Positions 16,918 through 25,851 of a stretch of 28,331 bases of DNA are shown here, piece by piece (within the stretch, counting starts at the first letter, position 1; every line of letters starts with the position of its first letter). This DNA is from Pseudomonadota bacterium (GTDB lineage: Bacteria > Bdellovibrionota_B > Oligoflexia > Oligoflexales > RGVZ01). The notes below the pieces were generated by a model. The model did not search any database. It was not told the DNA's origin and saw only the letters and a program-made list of their open reading frames with translations. The position numbers and the translations under genes are program-made. The stretch lies in NCBI GenBank assembly GCA_041178085.1, contig JBEGVZ010000080.1:1-28331 (forward strand), read 5' to 3'.

Positions 16918-18462
16918 ATGAACCGTGTTCGCAAAAAAGTATTCCTGCCGCCTTTTCTTGCCCTTTTTACAGCGGCTGCGGCCTCCTTGTGTTGGCCCGT
17001 TGGATTCAAGGCCAAAATGGGCGCTCTGAATGATTGGCTTCTGCATACCTTCGGCAGTGCATTTTTGCTTACCGGGGCTGCGCTGCTGGCTGTCACAATG
17101 CTCGCGATGGCTTCTCCATTCGGACGGCTGCGGATTGGCGGCCCTGATGCCAAGCCGCGGATGACCCGTTGGCAATGGTTTTCGGTGAACCTGACCACAT
17201 CAGTCGCAATCGGCATTTTGTTCTGGGGCTGCGCGGAGCCGGTCTTTCACCTGTGGTCTCCAGCACCATACGATGCGGTCATTCCTGGCTCGCCTGAAGC
17301 AGCTGATCGCGCACTGGTCACAATGTTCTTGCATTGGACGTTTATCCCGTACGCCATGTACGCCGTGCCGGCGTTATTATTTGCCTACACATTTTACAAC
17401 TTGAACAAGCCACATTGCCTTGGCTCCTTGTTTGCTCCCTTGGTGGCTGACCGGCACCTCAAGGCAATCGGTGCGTTTCTCAATCCGCTTTGTTTGTTTG
17501 CTCTAGCTGCAGGAATGGCAGCGTCGCTGGGCACAGGGCTGCTGACATTGTCTGGAGGGCTTGAACAAGTCGCGGGGTTGCACAAATCGCCGGTGACGCT
17601 AGGCTTCGTTGCTATTTTTATTGTCGGCGGATTTGTCCAATCATCCTTGAGGGGACTGAATTCCGGGATTGCGAAACTGGCCAGCCTCAGCTCATGGACG
17701 CTGATCGCCTTGGTATTCTTTGTTCTGATGGCTGGCCCAACATCCTATATCGTAAAGGGCTTCCTCGCGGCGTTTCCCCGCTTTGTGGTGGAGATGCCAC
17801 AACGTGCGTTGGCTGGTGGCCACCCATTCAGCCCGGACCGGTGGGCATTCGATTGGACCATATTTTACTGGGCTGTCTGGATGGCATGGGCGCCGGTTAC
17901 TGCCGTTTTTCTTGGTCAGATCGGGTACGGACGCACGGTGCGAGATTTCCTCTTGATGAACCTTGTTGTGCCGGCACTGTTTAGCGCCATTTGGATGGCA
18001 GTTTTCAGTGGTGCCGCCTTGTATTTCGAGATTCATGGCGGCGCCGGATTTGCGGCTATTATCAAGTCGTCGGGGGCAGAGGCGGGATCCTACAACTTGT
18101 TCCGCCAATTGCCCTTTGCCGGCATGGTTATTCCGCTTTTTATTTTCATTTCCTACTTGTCATTTGTGTCTGGCGCAGACGCGAACACCACGGCCATGGC
18201 TGCGATCAGCCAAAAAGGGATCACCCAGGATGCCCACGAGCCGAGTGGCACCCTGAAAGTGGCCTGGGGGATATTAATTGGCCTGATCAGTTGGGGTATG
18301 ATTTCCCTCAGTGATATGGACGGCATCAGGATGCTGTCTAATCTTGGTGGTTTGCCAGTCCTGTTCCTGGAAATATTTTGTGTTCTTGCGGTGATAAAGT
18401 TGTGCTGGGAATCATTCCTTCCTGCGGGAAAAGGAGGATTGACCGATGACGATCAACACTGA
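16918..18462 (+). CDS. BCCT (betaine/carnitine/choline) family transporter
   Basis: SPFGRLRIGG..AKP, GILFWGCAEP, FLHW, ASLG.G, WTIFYWAVWMAWAP (aromatic box), GYGRTVRDF. Start set at ATG 16918. Confidence 0.92.
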   Translation: MNRVRKKVFLPPFLALFTAAAASLCWPVGFKAKMGALNDWLLHTFGSAFLLTGAALLAVTMLAMASPFGRLRIGGPDAKPRMTRWQWFSVNLTTSVAIGILFWGCAEPVFHLWSPAPYDAVIPGSPEAADRALVTMFLHWTFIPYAMYAVPALLFAYTFYNLNKPHCLGSLFAPLVADRHLKAIGAFLNPLCLFALAAGMAASLGTGLLTLSGGLEQVAGLHKSPVTLGFVAIFIVGGFVQSSLRGLNSGIAKLASLSSWTLIALVFFVLMAGPTSYIVKGFLAAFPRFVVEMPQRALAGGHPFSPDRWAFDWTIFYWAVWMAWAPVTAVFLGQIGYGRTVRDFLLMNLVVPALFSAIWMAVFSGAALYFEIHGGAGFAAIIKSSGAEAGSYNLFRQLPFAGMVIPLFIFISYLSFVSGADANTTAMAAISQKGITQDAHEPSGTLKVAWGILIGLISWGMISLSDMDGIRMLSNLGGLPVLFLEIFCVLAVIKLCWESFLPAGKGGLTDDDQH

Positions 18463-19696
18463 GGAAAGCCGTAGACAGAACTCCTCACCGGGCCTTGAAT
18501 CCGATGCAACACAATTGGATTCAGCCGATTATCGAAGCCTTCATCGAGCTCGCATGCGGAAGGTACAAAAGGCGATGCGGGAACATGATATCCCAGCCAT
18601 CCTGTTGACCAATCCGGTGAACATCCGGTTTGCCACGGGCGTCTCGGTCATGCCGATCTGGACGGCGATCAACTTCGCCCGCTATGCACTGGTGCCCCAA
18701 GAGGGCGATCCAGTGATTTTTGAGTATGGCAAGTCATTGCATGTTGCCCGATCTCTCTGGCCCGGTTCGCAACCTGCGAAATATTTCCAGTATCGGTTTA
18801 CCCAGCATGAGGCAGTCAGCCGAAGTGATGAATGGGCCCGCGAACTTGTAGAGACGATGCAAGGCCTCGGCCTCCGTGGCACCAGCGCGGGTGGCGCTTA
18901 TACCCTTGGATTTGACGCTCTGGATCATTACGGTCATGCCGCGCTTGAAAAAGCCGGCGTAACCCTGGTTGATGCCGACCAGTGTATCGTTGAAGCCAAA
19001 CTTCTAAAATCCGCTGATGAAATAAAGCTGCTGCGGGAATCATGTGGGATAGCCGAGGCCGCATTGCACAAGATGGCGGCCGCAATTGCGCCGGGTATCA
19101 GTGAGCAGGAACTGTTCGGGATATTTTTTGGCAAGGCAGTAGAAATGGGGGCAGAGTATTCCTCAACTCGCTTGCTCAGTGCCGGTCGCCGAACGAATCC
19201 CTGGTTCAACGAAGTAAGTTCCTACAAGTTACGCCCCGGCGACCTCATCGGGATCGATACCGACATGACCGGACCGGAAGGATATTTGTGTGACATTTCG
19301 CGGACGTTTGTTTGCGGCGAAGAGATGAACAAGCTGCAGCAGGAAGTTTACTCTGTGGCGCGCGATTTCATTTACGGCGTCATTGAACAATGCAGACCGG
19401 GTGTTTCGTATGAGTCGCTTGTCCGCAATGCGCCCGTGGTTCCGGAGAAGTATCGCCCCCAGGCCTATTCCTGCATGATTCATGGTTCAGGATTTGACGA
19501 TGAACCGCCCTACTTGCCTTATCTGCACCAGTTTCAGGATGGTGCTTTGATGCCACGGGGTGAGTTGCAGGAGAATATGGTTCTCAGCGTCGAATTTTAT
19601 GCCGGCGAGAAGGGGGCCCGGGACGGTGTCAAACTCGAGGAACAGATCCTGATTACGGCATCGGGGAGCCAGTTGCTGTCGCACTTTCCGATTTGA
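18446..19696 (+). CDS. M24 metallopeptidase-fold enzyme, DddP (DMSP lyase)-like
   Basis: NPVNIRFATG..M.IW, TRLLSAGRRTNPWFNE, IDTDMTGPEGYLCDISRTF, YSCMIHGSGFDDEPP, VLSVE, VKLEEQILIT. These match the DddP subfamily signatures as I recall them better than generic prolidases. Overlaps the BCCT stop. Confidence 0.75.
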   Translation: MTINTEESRRQNSSPGLESDATQLDSADYRSLHRARMRKVQKAMREHDIPAILLTNPVNIRFATGVSVMPIWTAINFARYALVPQEGDPVIFEYGKSLHVARSLWPGSQPAKYFQYRFTQHEAVSRSDEWARELVETMQGLGLRGTSAGGAYTLGFDALDHYGHAALEKAGVTLVDADQCIVEAKLLKSADEIKLLRESCGIAEAALHKMAAAIAPGISEQELFGIFFGKAVEMGAEYSSTRLLSAGRRTNPWFNEVSSYKLRPGDLIGIDTDMTGPEGYLCDISRTFVCGEEMNKLQQEVYSVARDFIYGVIEQCRPGVSYESLVRNAPVVPEKYRPQAYSCMIHGSGFDDEPPYLPYLHQFQDGALMPRGELQENMVLSVEFYAGEKGARDGVKLEEQILITASGSQLLSHFPI

Positions 19697-19773
19697 GTTA
19701 TAGTTAATTAAACCACTGAATTTTCTGAAAAAAACTTCACAACCATCACCACTGGTTGGGCCCAGTTAACGAA

Positions 19774-19789
19774 TGGCAGGCTTCGTGCT
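19774..19789 (+). promoter_or_regulatory. Candidate sigma54 (-24/-12) promoter
   Basis: TGGCAGGCTTCGTGCT has GG-N10-GC spacing and lies 30 nt before ATG 19819. Confidence 0.45.
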
Positions 19790-19818
19790 TCCTTTGCCCG
19801 GCAAAGAAGGAGCGCGCC

Positions 19819-20505
19819 ATGGCTGTGCTTGAAAAAGAGATCGAATTCGAGAGTCACGGAGCAACTCTACGCGGCTTGCTCAGTCTGCCTGACCATGCCA
19901 CGGGCACGGTCATCTTTGCGCATGGCAGTGGCAGCAGTCGCTTCAGCCAGCGTAACCGCTTTGTCGCGAGCGAACTGCAAAAGGCCGGATGCGCCACTCT
20001 GCTGCTCGACCTCTTGGGCGAGGGCGAGGCTCATGAGCGCGACAAGGTCTTCAACATTCCCCTGCTGGCCGATCGCCTGACCGATGCCAAACTATGGCTC
20101 CTTGCCGGGACGGAACTAAATCAAGGCGCAGTCCCGCAAGCAATTGGCTACTTCGGTGCGAGCACGGGGGCGGGCGCCGCGCTTTATGCGGCGGCGCAAT
20201 GCCCTCACCATGTAACTGCTGTGGTTTCGAGGGGCGGTCGCCCAGATCTTGCGGATGAATGCCTGGGCTCGGTTTATGCGCCAACTCTCTTGATCGTCGG
20301 GGGGGAGGATGACGCCGTCATCGAAATGAACCAAAAAGCCTTCGCAAAACTTGCGTGTGAAAAAGAGCTGAAAATTATTCCAGGAGCCAGCCACCTTTTC
20401 ATTGAAGCAGGCACACTTGAGGCAGTGGCTGAACTAGCCGCAAGTTGGTTTGTCACGCATTTCACTGCGCACAAGAGATCCGCGATTTTTCCCGTGCCAG
20501 CTTGA
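19819..20505 (+). CDS. Alpha/beta hydrolase, dienelactone-hydrolase-like
   Basis: AAGGAG RBS; FAHGSGSSRFSQRN, GYFGASTG (nucleophile elbow), SRGGRPDL, LIVGGED, GASHLF. Confidence 0.85.
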   Translation: MAVLEKEIEFESHGATLRGLLSLPDHATGTVIFAHGSGSSRFSQRNRFVASELQKAGCATLLLDLLGEGEAHERDKVFNIPLLADRLTDAKLWLLAGTELNQGAVPQAIGYFGASTGAGAALYAAAQCPHHVTAVVSRGGRPDLADECLGSVYAPTLLIVGGEDDAVIEMNQKAFAKLACEKELKIIPGASHLFIEAGTLEAVAELAASWFVTHFTAHKRSAIFPVPA

Positions 20506-20611
20506 GGGAAAACCATTCCAGAAAAGGACGGACCTCCATGCGTCACAAGTGGATACGCAAGAGGTCGTCAGCCAAACGATTCGGGAGGCAGCCAATCAGA
20601 GGACGCTCCGC

Positions 20612-23600
20612 TTATCCTCTAGATCCCGGAGTGACAGTCAGCGACAGCTTTTCCGGGCCACGAAGGACTTCAATCACTACGGGCTCCCCGATCTTCAGGA
20701 CACCAAGGACGTTGGTGTAGTCGTAAATGTTTTCGATTTTCTGTCCAGCCAGGGAAACAATGATGTCGCCGCCCTTGACTCCTGCGGCCTCGGCGGGACT
20801 TCCGGCCTTGACGCCGGTCAGAAGAACCCCCTTCACCACTGTGTTACCGTAGTCTGGAATCGTACCCAGATAGGCCTTGAATCCCCCACCGCCACCGCCT
20901 CCTGCATTTGGGTCCTTGACGGCGTTGTAAGCTGGCACTTCGCTCTTGCTGGCGACTTCCAACAATACGTCAGACATCATGCCGGATATCTGGGCCATGC
21001 CTGGGTAGTTGAGTTTCTCCCAGGTGTCCGATGGTGTGTGGTAATCATCATGGGATCCGGTAAACGCATTAAGCGTGGGAACACCTTGAACATAGAACGA
21101 AGTTGAGTCCGTCGGCAGGTACGGATCGGCCTGGGTCACAATGCGAAGTCCGTTTTGAATCGCGGCTGATTCAATCATCGCAGGCCATGCGGGGCTTGCT
21201 GCAACCGACTGCACGGTCAAGGCATCGCGCAGGCGTCCCACCATGTCCAGGTTGAGCGCCGCCGACATGCGCGGATAGAGCTGCCCCCCATGCCTCGTGG
21301 CAAGGTCCTTTGCAAAGTGCGCAGATCCCAACAAACCAAGTTCTTCGCCGGACCACAGGGCGAAAAGAACATCTTGCTTGAGTTCATTCGATTTGCCGTC
21401 TGCTCCTGAAACAACCTGCTGGGCAATTTCAAGCACAGCCGCCACACCAGATGCATTGTCGTCCGCGCCGTGGAATGTACCCTTGCCTGCTTCCGTGCCA
21501 AGGTGGTCTACGTGGGCGCCGATCAGAACTGTCGGTCGGATGGAATCTTGTTCAAAAACTGCCCCGTTTGCGCGGATACGGGCAAGGACATTCCGGCCTG
21601 TGCGTTTCTCCTGCGTGACTTGAAGATTCCCGGAAAGCTTCACTGGCAAGTCAAATCCCTGCATCATCTCGCCCTTGTCGAGAGCATCTTGCAAGGACTT
21701 CAAAGTCTTACCCGAGCCCGCCAAAAGGGCTTCAGCCGCGCTGTCGGTCAAGGATACGCCGCCAAGGCTCATGCCGGCCGCCGAAGCATCCATTCGCAGT
21801 GGGATCAGCTGGTCGGAAATACCTGAATTGGGGCCCTGGACAAAAATGATGCCGCGCGCCCCGCGATCCCGCGCATAGCGCGCCTTTTGACGCAGCCCGG
21901 CAAAGCGATTGAGGTATTGCTTGCGTGCCACATCCAGATTTTCTGGCAGGTGTCGAAACACAAGCACCCATTTGTCTTTGACGTCCAAGTGCACGTAAGA
22001 ATCATAGGCGGCGCCCGCCGGGTCATTGCCCGCAGCAGGGGCCTTGGATGCGTCGGCCGCCGGCGCCACGATTCCGTAACCTGCGAAAACGACCGGATCG
22101 TTGGCAAAACTCAGTGCCGCAGACAGGGCCAATGGACGCCAATCACGGTCCATTTGCAGGGAGTTGTCTCCGATCTTTAGCTGATTTTCCGGACCCGCGT
22201 TGACACCTGCAGTGAATTCGAAACTCTGGAAGTAGGAGCCAAAATCACCCGCTGGCTCAAGACCAAGGCGCGCAAACACTTCAGCTCCGTACTCGGTCGC
22301 CAGGACCTCGCCAGAGGTGCCCGTTAAACGCCCCCCAAGAGCTGGCGAACTCAAGTACTGCACGTGCGCACGAAGATCGCGCTGCGAGACCTGTGGATTA
22401 AAGGTATCGAAAGCAGGCTTGCGTGCAGGCAAACCAAGCGCACTGCGTGCTGCAGCATCGTTCCACCCCGCAATGAAGATCTGTGAAGTTTTCTCTGCGG
22501 TACGGTTGCTGGTCCAGGCAAGGTGCTCGCCGTCTGGCGTAAACACCGGCAGTCCGTCAAAACCTTCTGTCCACGTCACGCGCACAGGCTCGTGCTGGCC
22601 GGCTGCGTCGACGACGTAAAGCTCAAAGTTACGGTGTCCCTCAAGATTGGACGCAAAAATCAGGTAATCCCCGGTCGGATGGAAGTAGGGCGCCCACGAC
22701 ATCTTGCCCAGGCGTGTCAGCTGGCGCTTGTCAGAACCATCCAGGTTCATCGTCCAGACTTCGGCCGCAGAGCCGTCCTCGTTGAAATGCCGCCAAGTGA
22801 TTTTCTTGCCGTCTGCCGAGAAGAACGGACCGCCGTCATAGCCAATTTCGCTGGTCAAACGGACGACATTCGATCCGTCCGCGTCCATGATATAAATCTC
22901 GGACCAGGCTGACGGGTTTTTCTCGAAGGCAGCGCGTTGTTCGTCGGTCATGTCGGCCGAAAAACCGCTGCGATTGCTGGCAAACGCAATCTTTTGGCCA
23001 TCAGGTGACCAGCTTGCCTCGGCATCGTATCCACGTTCGGACGTCAGGCGCCTGAGGACGTTGCCGTTGGCGTCCGTTTCAAAGAGATCGTATTGGTCGT
23101 CGAAATCCCAGGCGTAGCTTGCCTGCCCACCCGCCCTGCGGCGCTCCCATTCCTGTTCTTGCTTGGCGAGCGCATCGGGGTCCAAGTGGGTTGATGCAAA
23201 CAGGACTTTTGACTTCGAAGGATGAACCCAAGCACAGGTCGTACGTCCCACCCCGGGTGACATGCGTTTGCTGCGTCCGGTGGCAAGGTCCAGCAGGTAA
23301 ATCTGATAGAAGGGATTGCTGGCCTCTCGCTCACTCTGGAAAACCATCAAGCTGCCGTCCTGGCTGAAGTAACCTTCACCGGAGCGGGCGCCCGCAAAAG
23401 TCAGCTGACGAGGCGCGTCCAGGAAAGCCGCCTCGCGGGCAGCACCGTCGGATGGCGATGTTGTCGCCGTCACCGGGGGGTTTTGAGTCCCCGGCTCACC
23501 GATGAACCCGTGCACCCTGGCCCGCCACTCGCCAGGCGCGAGTTGACCGGCAGAGGGCGCCTGGGCGGCGAACGCAGCGGTGGAAATGAGAATCAAAATA

Positions 23601-23659
23601 CCGGCGGCAGAAATCGCGCCGGCAACGTTGACCTTGATGAGGGACCTGTTGAGTGCCAA
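20612..23659 (-). CDS. Secreted PD40/TolB-like beta-propeller + PA + M28 metallopeptidase + PDZ protein
   Basis: Signal-peptide-like N-terminus; repeats such as EGYFSQDG, ASWSPDG, PFFSADG, PVFTPDG; PA region VVFAGYGI..YDSY..DVKDK; M28 motifs GAHVDHLG, GADDNASG, SGEELGLLGS, LNLDMVG, YHTPSD; PDZ YLGTIPDY..GSPAEAAGVKGGD. Confidence 0.9.
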   Translation of the reverse strand: MALNRSLIKVNVAGAISAAGILILISTAAFAAQAPSAGQLAPGEWRARVHGFIGEPGTQNPPVTATTSPSDGAAREAAFLDAPRQLTFAGARSGEGYFSQDGSLMVFQSEREASNPFYQIYLLDLATGRSKRMSPGVGRTTCAWVHPSKSKVLFASTHLDPDALAKQEQEWERRRAGGQASYAWDFDDQYDLFETDANGNVLRRLTSERGYDAEASWSPDGQKIAFASNRSGFSADMTDEQRAAFEKNPSAWSEIYIMDADGSNVVRLTSEIGYDGGPFFSADGKKITWRHFNEDGSAAEVWTMNLDGSDKRQLTRLGKMSWAPYFHPTGDYLIFASNLEGHRNFELYVVDAAGQHEPVRVTWTEGFDGLPVFTPDGEHLAWTSNRTAEKTSQIFIAGWNDAAARSALGLPARKPAFDTFNPQVSQRDLRAHVQYLSSPALGGRLTGTSGEVLATEYGAEVFARLGLEPAGDFGSYFQSFEFTAGVNAGPENQLKIGDNSLQMDRDWRPLALSAALSFANDPVVFAGYGIVAPAADASKAPAAGNDPAGAAYDSYVHLDVKDKWVLVFRHLPENLDVARKQYLNRFAGLRQKARYARDRGARGIIFVQGPNSGISDQLIPLRMDASAAGMSLGGVSLTDSAAEALLAGSGKTLKSLQDALDKGEMMQGFDLPVKLSGNLQVTQEKRTGRNVLARIRANGAVFEQDSIRPTVLIGAHVDHLGTEAGKGTFHGADDNASGVAAVLEIAQQVVSGADGKSNELKQDVLFALWSGEELGLLGSAHFAKDLATRHGGQLYPRMSAALNLDMVGRLRDALTVQSVAASPAWPAMIESAAIQNGLRIVTQADPYLPTDSTSFYVQGVPTLNAFTGSHDDYHTPSDTWEKLNYPGMAQISGMMSDVLLEVASKSEVPAYNAVKDPNAGGGGGGGFKAYLGTIPDYGNTVVKGVLLTGVKAGSPAEAAGVKGGDIIVSLAGQKIENIYDYTNVLGVLKIGEPVVIEVLRGPEKLSLTVTPGSRG

Positions 23660-23760
23660 GGGGGATCTCCCTGTTTATAAGGATGCTGGTTTCCCTCAAT
23701 TTCTAGTCCTCACTCGCCTGCCGGGGCAACCTGATTTTCATTATCAATTCCGGGACTTTT

Positions 23761-23785
23761 ATACTTTACCAATTCACTAAAGTTT
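23761..23785 (+). promoter_or_regulatory. Candidate IscR/Rrf2 box 1
   Basis: ATACTTTACCAATTCACTAAAGTTT: ACTTTA-N9-TAAAGT palindrome resembling IscR type 1 sites, upstream of the Rrf2-suf operon. Confidence 0.55.
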
Positions 23786-23818
23786 TATATGAGGAAGGCG
23801 ATAAACCTGAAGGTGACA

Positions 23819-23843
23819 AATGTTGAGCCAAATAGTAAACAAG
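23819..23843 (+). promoter_or_regulatory. Candidate IscR/Rrf2 box 2
   Basis: AATGTTGAGCCAAATAGTAAACAAG: TGTTGA-N9-TAAACA, same geometry as box 1. Confidence 0.45.
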
Positions 23844-23908
23844 GCCCCCTTCCGGCAGGGATCTAGCCCCCCCCGGAAGTGCCTCAAGCCAAAGCTGGAA
23901 CCACGAAA

Positions 23909-24382
23909 TTGAACCTGACTTCAAAAAGTCGCTATGCGTTGAAAATCATGATGGATTTAGCCCATTACAGCGCACCTCCGTCTGACCAAGCTGCGGCCAT
24001 CGTCAGGCGCAGCGATATTGCGCGCCGCCAAGGTATCCCGACCGAGTACCTCGATCAGATCATGATTCGCCTGCGTTCCGCGAACCTGGTCGAAAGTGTC
24101 CGGGGTCGCTCTGGCGGGTACCGGCTGGGACGGGCTGCGGATCGCATCACCCTTTGGGATGTCTTCGCTGCGGTCGAGGACGGCATCTATCCAGTCGAGT
24201 GTGTCGCTACGGAAAACTGCGGATTTGCCCCGTCTTGCATCACCCACGATGCGTGGAGCAGCATCTTTGCCGCGATGAGGGAACCGCTGGTTAAGACAAC
24301 CCTGGCCGAAGCGACTGACAAGTGGGCCGACGAACACCGGATGTGCCCTGCGGGCGGCATCCGCGAATGCCGCGGGAGCTGA
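23909..24382 (+). CDS. iscR: Rrf2-family Fe-S regulator, IscR-like
   Basis: LTSKSRYAL, YLDQI, SVRGRSGGY, and C-x5-C-x5-C-x2-H (ECVATENCGFAPSCITH) as in IscR. Start at TTG 23909 or GTG 23879. Confidence 0.8.
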   Translation: MNLTSKSRYALKIMMDLAHYSAPPSDQAAAIVRRSDIARRQGIPTEYLDQIMIRLRSANLVESVRGRSGGYRLGRAADRITLWDVFAAVEDGIYPVECVATENCGFAPSCITHDAWSSIFAAMREPLVKTTLAEATDKWADEHRMCPAGGIRECRGS

Positions 24383-24385
24383 ACG

Positions 24386-25849
24386 ATGACCACGCAAGAC
24401 AACAAACCACTGACATCCAACGACGTGCAGCTCACCAACCGTGAGTACAAGTACGGCTTTGTCACCAACGTGGAAGTCGAGGAATTCCCGAAAGGACTGA
24501 ACGAGGACATTATCCGGCGCCTGTCGGCAGTGAAGAACGAACCGGAATTTGTCCTGGAATTTCGTTTGAAGGCCTATCGCCACTGGTTGACCATGACAGA
24601 ACCCAAGTGGGCCCATGTCGCTTACAATGACATCGACTACCAGGACCTGCGCTACTACTCGGCTCCCAAGAAAAAAGGGGACGGCCCCAAAAGCCTGGAC
24701 GAAGTTGACAAGGAAATCCTTGATACCTTCAACCGCCTGGGCATTCCGCTGGCCGAACAAAAACGCCTGACGGGAGTCGCAGTCGACGCCGTATTTGACA
24801 GCGTCTCCGTCGGAACGACACATCAAGACGTCCTGAAAGAGCACGGAGTCATCTTCTGCTCCATATCCGAGGCCATCAGGGAACACCCGGAACTGGTCAA
24901 GAAATACATGGGGTCTGTTGTTCCTTATAAAGACAACTACTTCGCCGCCCTGAATTCAGCGGTGTTCACGGACGGTTCGTTTGTCTACATCCCGAAAGGA
25001 GTTCGCTGCCCGCTCGACTTGTCGACTTATTTCCGTATCAACGCGGCCGAAACTGGCCAATTCGAACGCACCCTGATCATCGCAGACGAAGGCAGCTTCG
25101 TCAGTTACCTGGAGGGCTGCACCGCGCCAATGCGCGACGAAAACCAGCTGCATGCAGCTGTGGTTGAACTGGTGGCACAGGAAAACGCCGAAATCAAATA
25201 CTCCACCGTCCAGAACTGGTACGCGGGTGACAAGGATGGCGTGGGCGGCATTTACAACTTTGTCACCAAACGCGGGATTTGTGCGGGCGCGAAATCGAAG
25301 ATTTCGTGGACCCAGGTCGAGACGGGTTCCGCCGTGACCTGGAAGTACCCGAGCGTGATCCTGAAGGGCGACGACTCCGTTGGCGAGTTTTACTCGGTGG
25401 CGTTGACCAACAACAAAATGCAGGCAGACACCGGCACAAAGATGATTCATATCGGTCGCAACACACGCAGCCGGATTGTGTCGAAAGGCATCTCGGCCGA
25501 TGAGTCGATCAACAGTTACCGCGGACAGGTCAAGATCCTGCCGTCGGCCGAGGGCGCCCGCAACCATAGCCAGTGTGATTCGCTTCTGGTCGGCAGCAAT
25601 TGCGCTGCCAACACGTTCCCCTACATCGAAGTGAAGAACAAGACCGCCACCGTGGAACATGAAGCAACGACATCGAAAATCAGCGCGGAACAGGTCTTCT
25701 ACCTGAAATCCCGTGGCATCGACGAGGAAGGGGCAATCAGCCTGCTCCTCAACGGATTCTGCAAGGAAGTGTTCAAGGAGCTGCCACTGGAATTCTCGGT
25801 GGAAGCGGTAAGGCTCCTTGAGATGAAACTGGAAGGAAGTGTGGGTTGA
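24386..25849 (+). CDS. sufB: Fe-S cluster assembly protein SufB
   Basis: [67 protein letters not shown]. Confidence 0.98.
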   Translation: MTTQDNKPLTSNDVQLTNREYKYGFVTNVEVEEFPKGLNEDIIRRLSAVKNEPEFVLEFRLKAYRHWLTMTEPKWAHVAYNDIDYQDLRYYSAPKKKGDGPKSLDEVDKEILDTFNRLGIPLAEQKRLTGVAVDAVFDSVSVGTTHQDVLKEHGVIFCSISEAIREHPELVKKYMGSVVPYKDNYFAALNSAVFTDGSFVYIPKGVRCPLDLSTYFRINAAETGQFERTLIIADEGSFVSYLEGCTAPMRDENQLHAAVVELVAQENAEIKYSTVQNWYAGDKDGVGGIYNFVTKRGICAGAKSKISWTQVETGSAVTWKYPSVILKGDDSVGEFYSVALTNNKMQADTGTKMIHIGRNTRSRIVSKGISADESINSYRGQVKILPSAEGARNHSQCDSLLVGSNCAANTFPYIEVKNKTATVEHEATTSKISAEQVFYLKSRGIDEEGAISLLLNGFCKEVFKELPLEFSVEAVRLLEMKLEGSVG

Positions 25850-25851
25850 AC

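Noticed and set aside
18446..19696. Assigning the symbol dddP, or calling it a plain Xaa-Pro peptidase
   Set aside because: The motifs favour the DddP subfamily, but the sequence is divergent and substrate cannot be fixed by eye, so the symbol is withheld.
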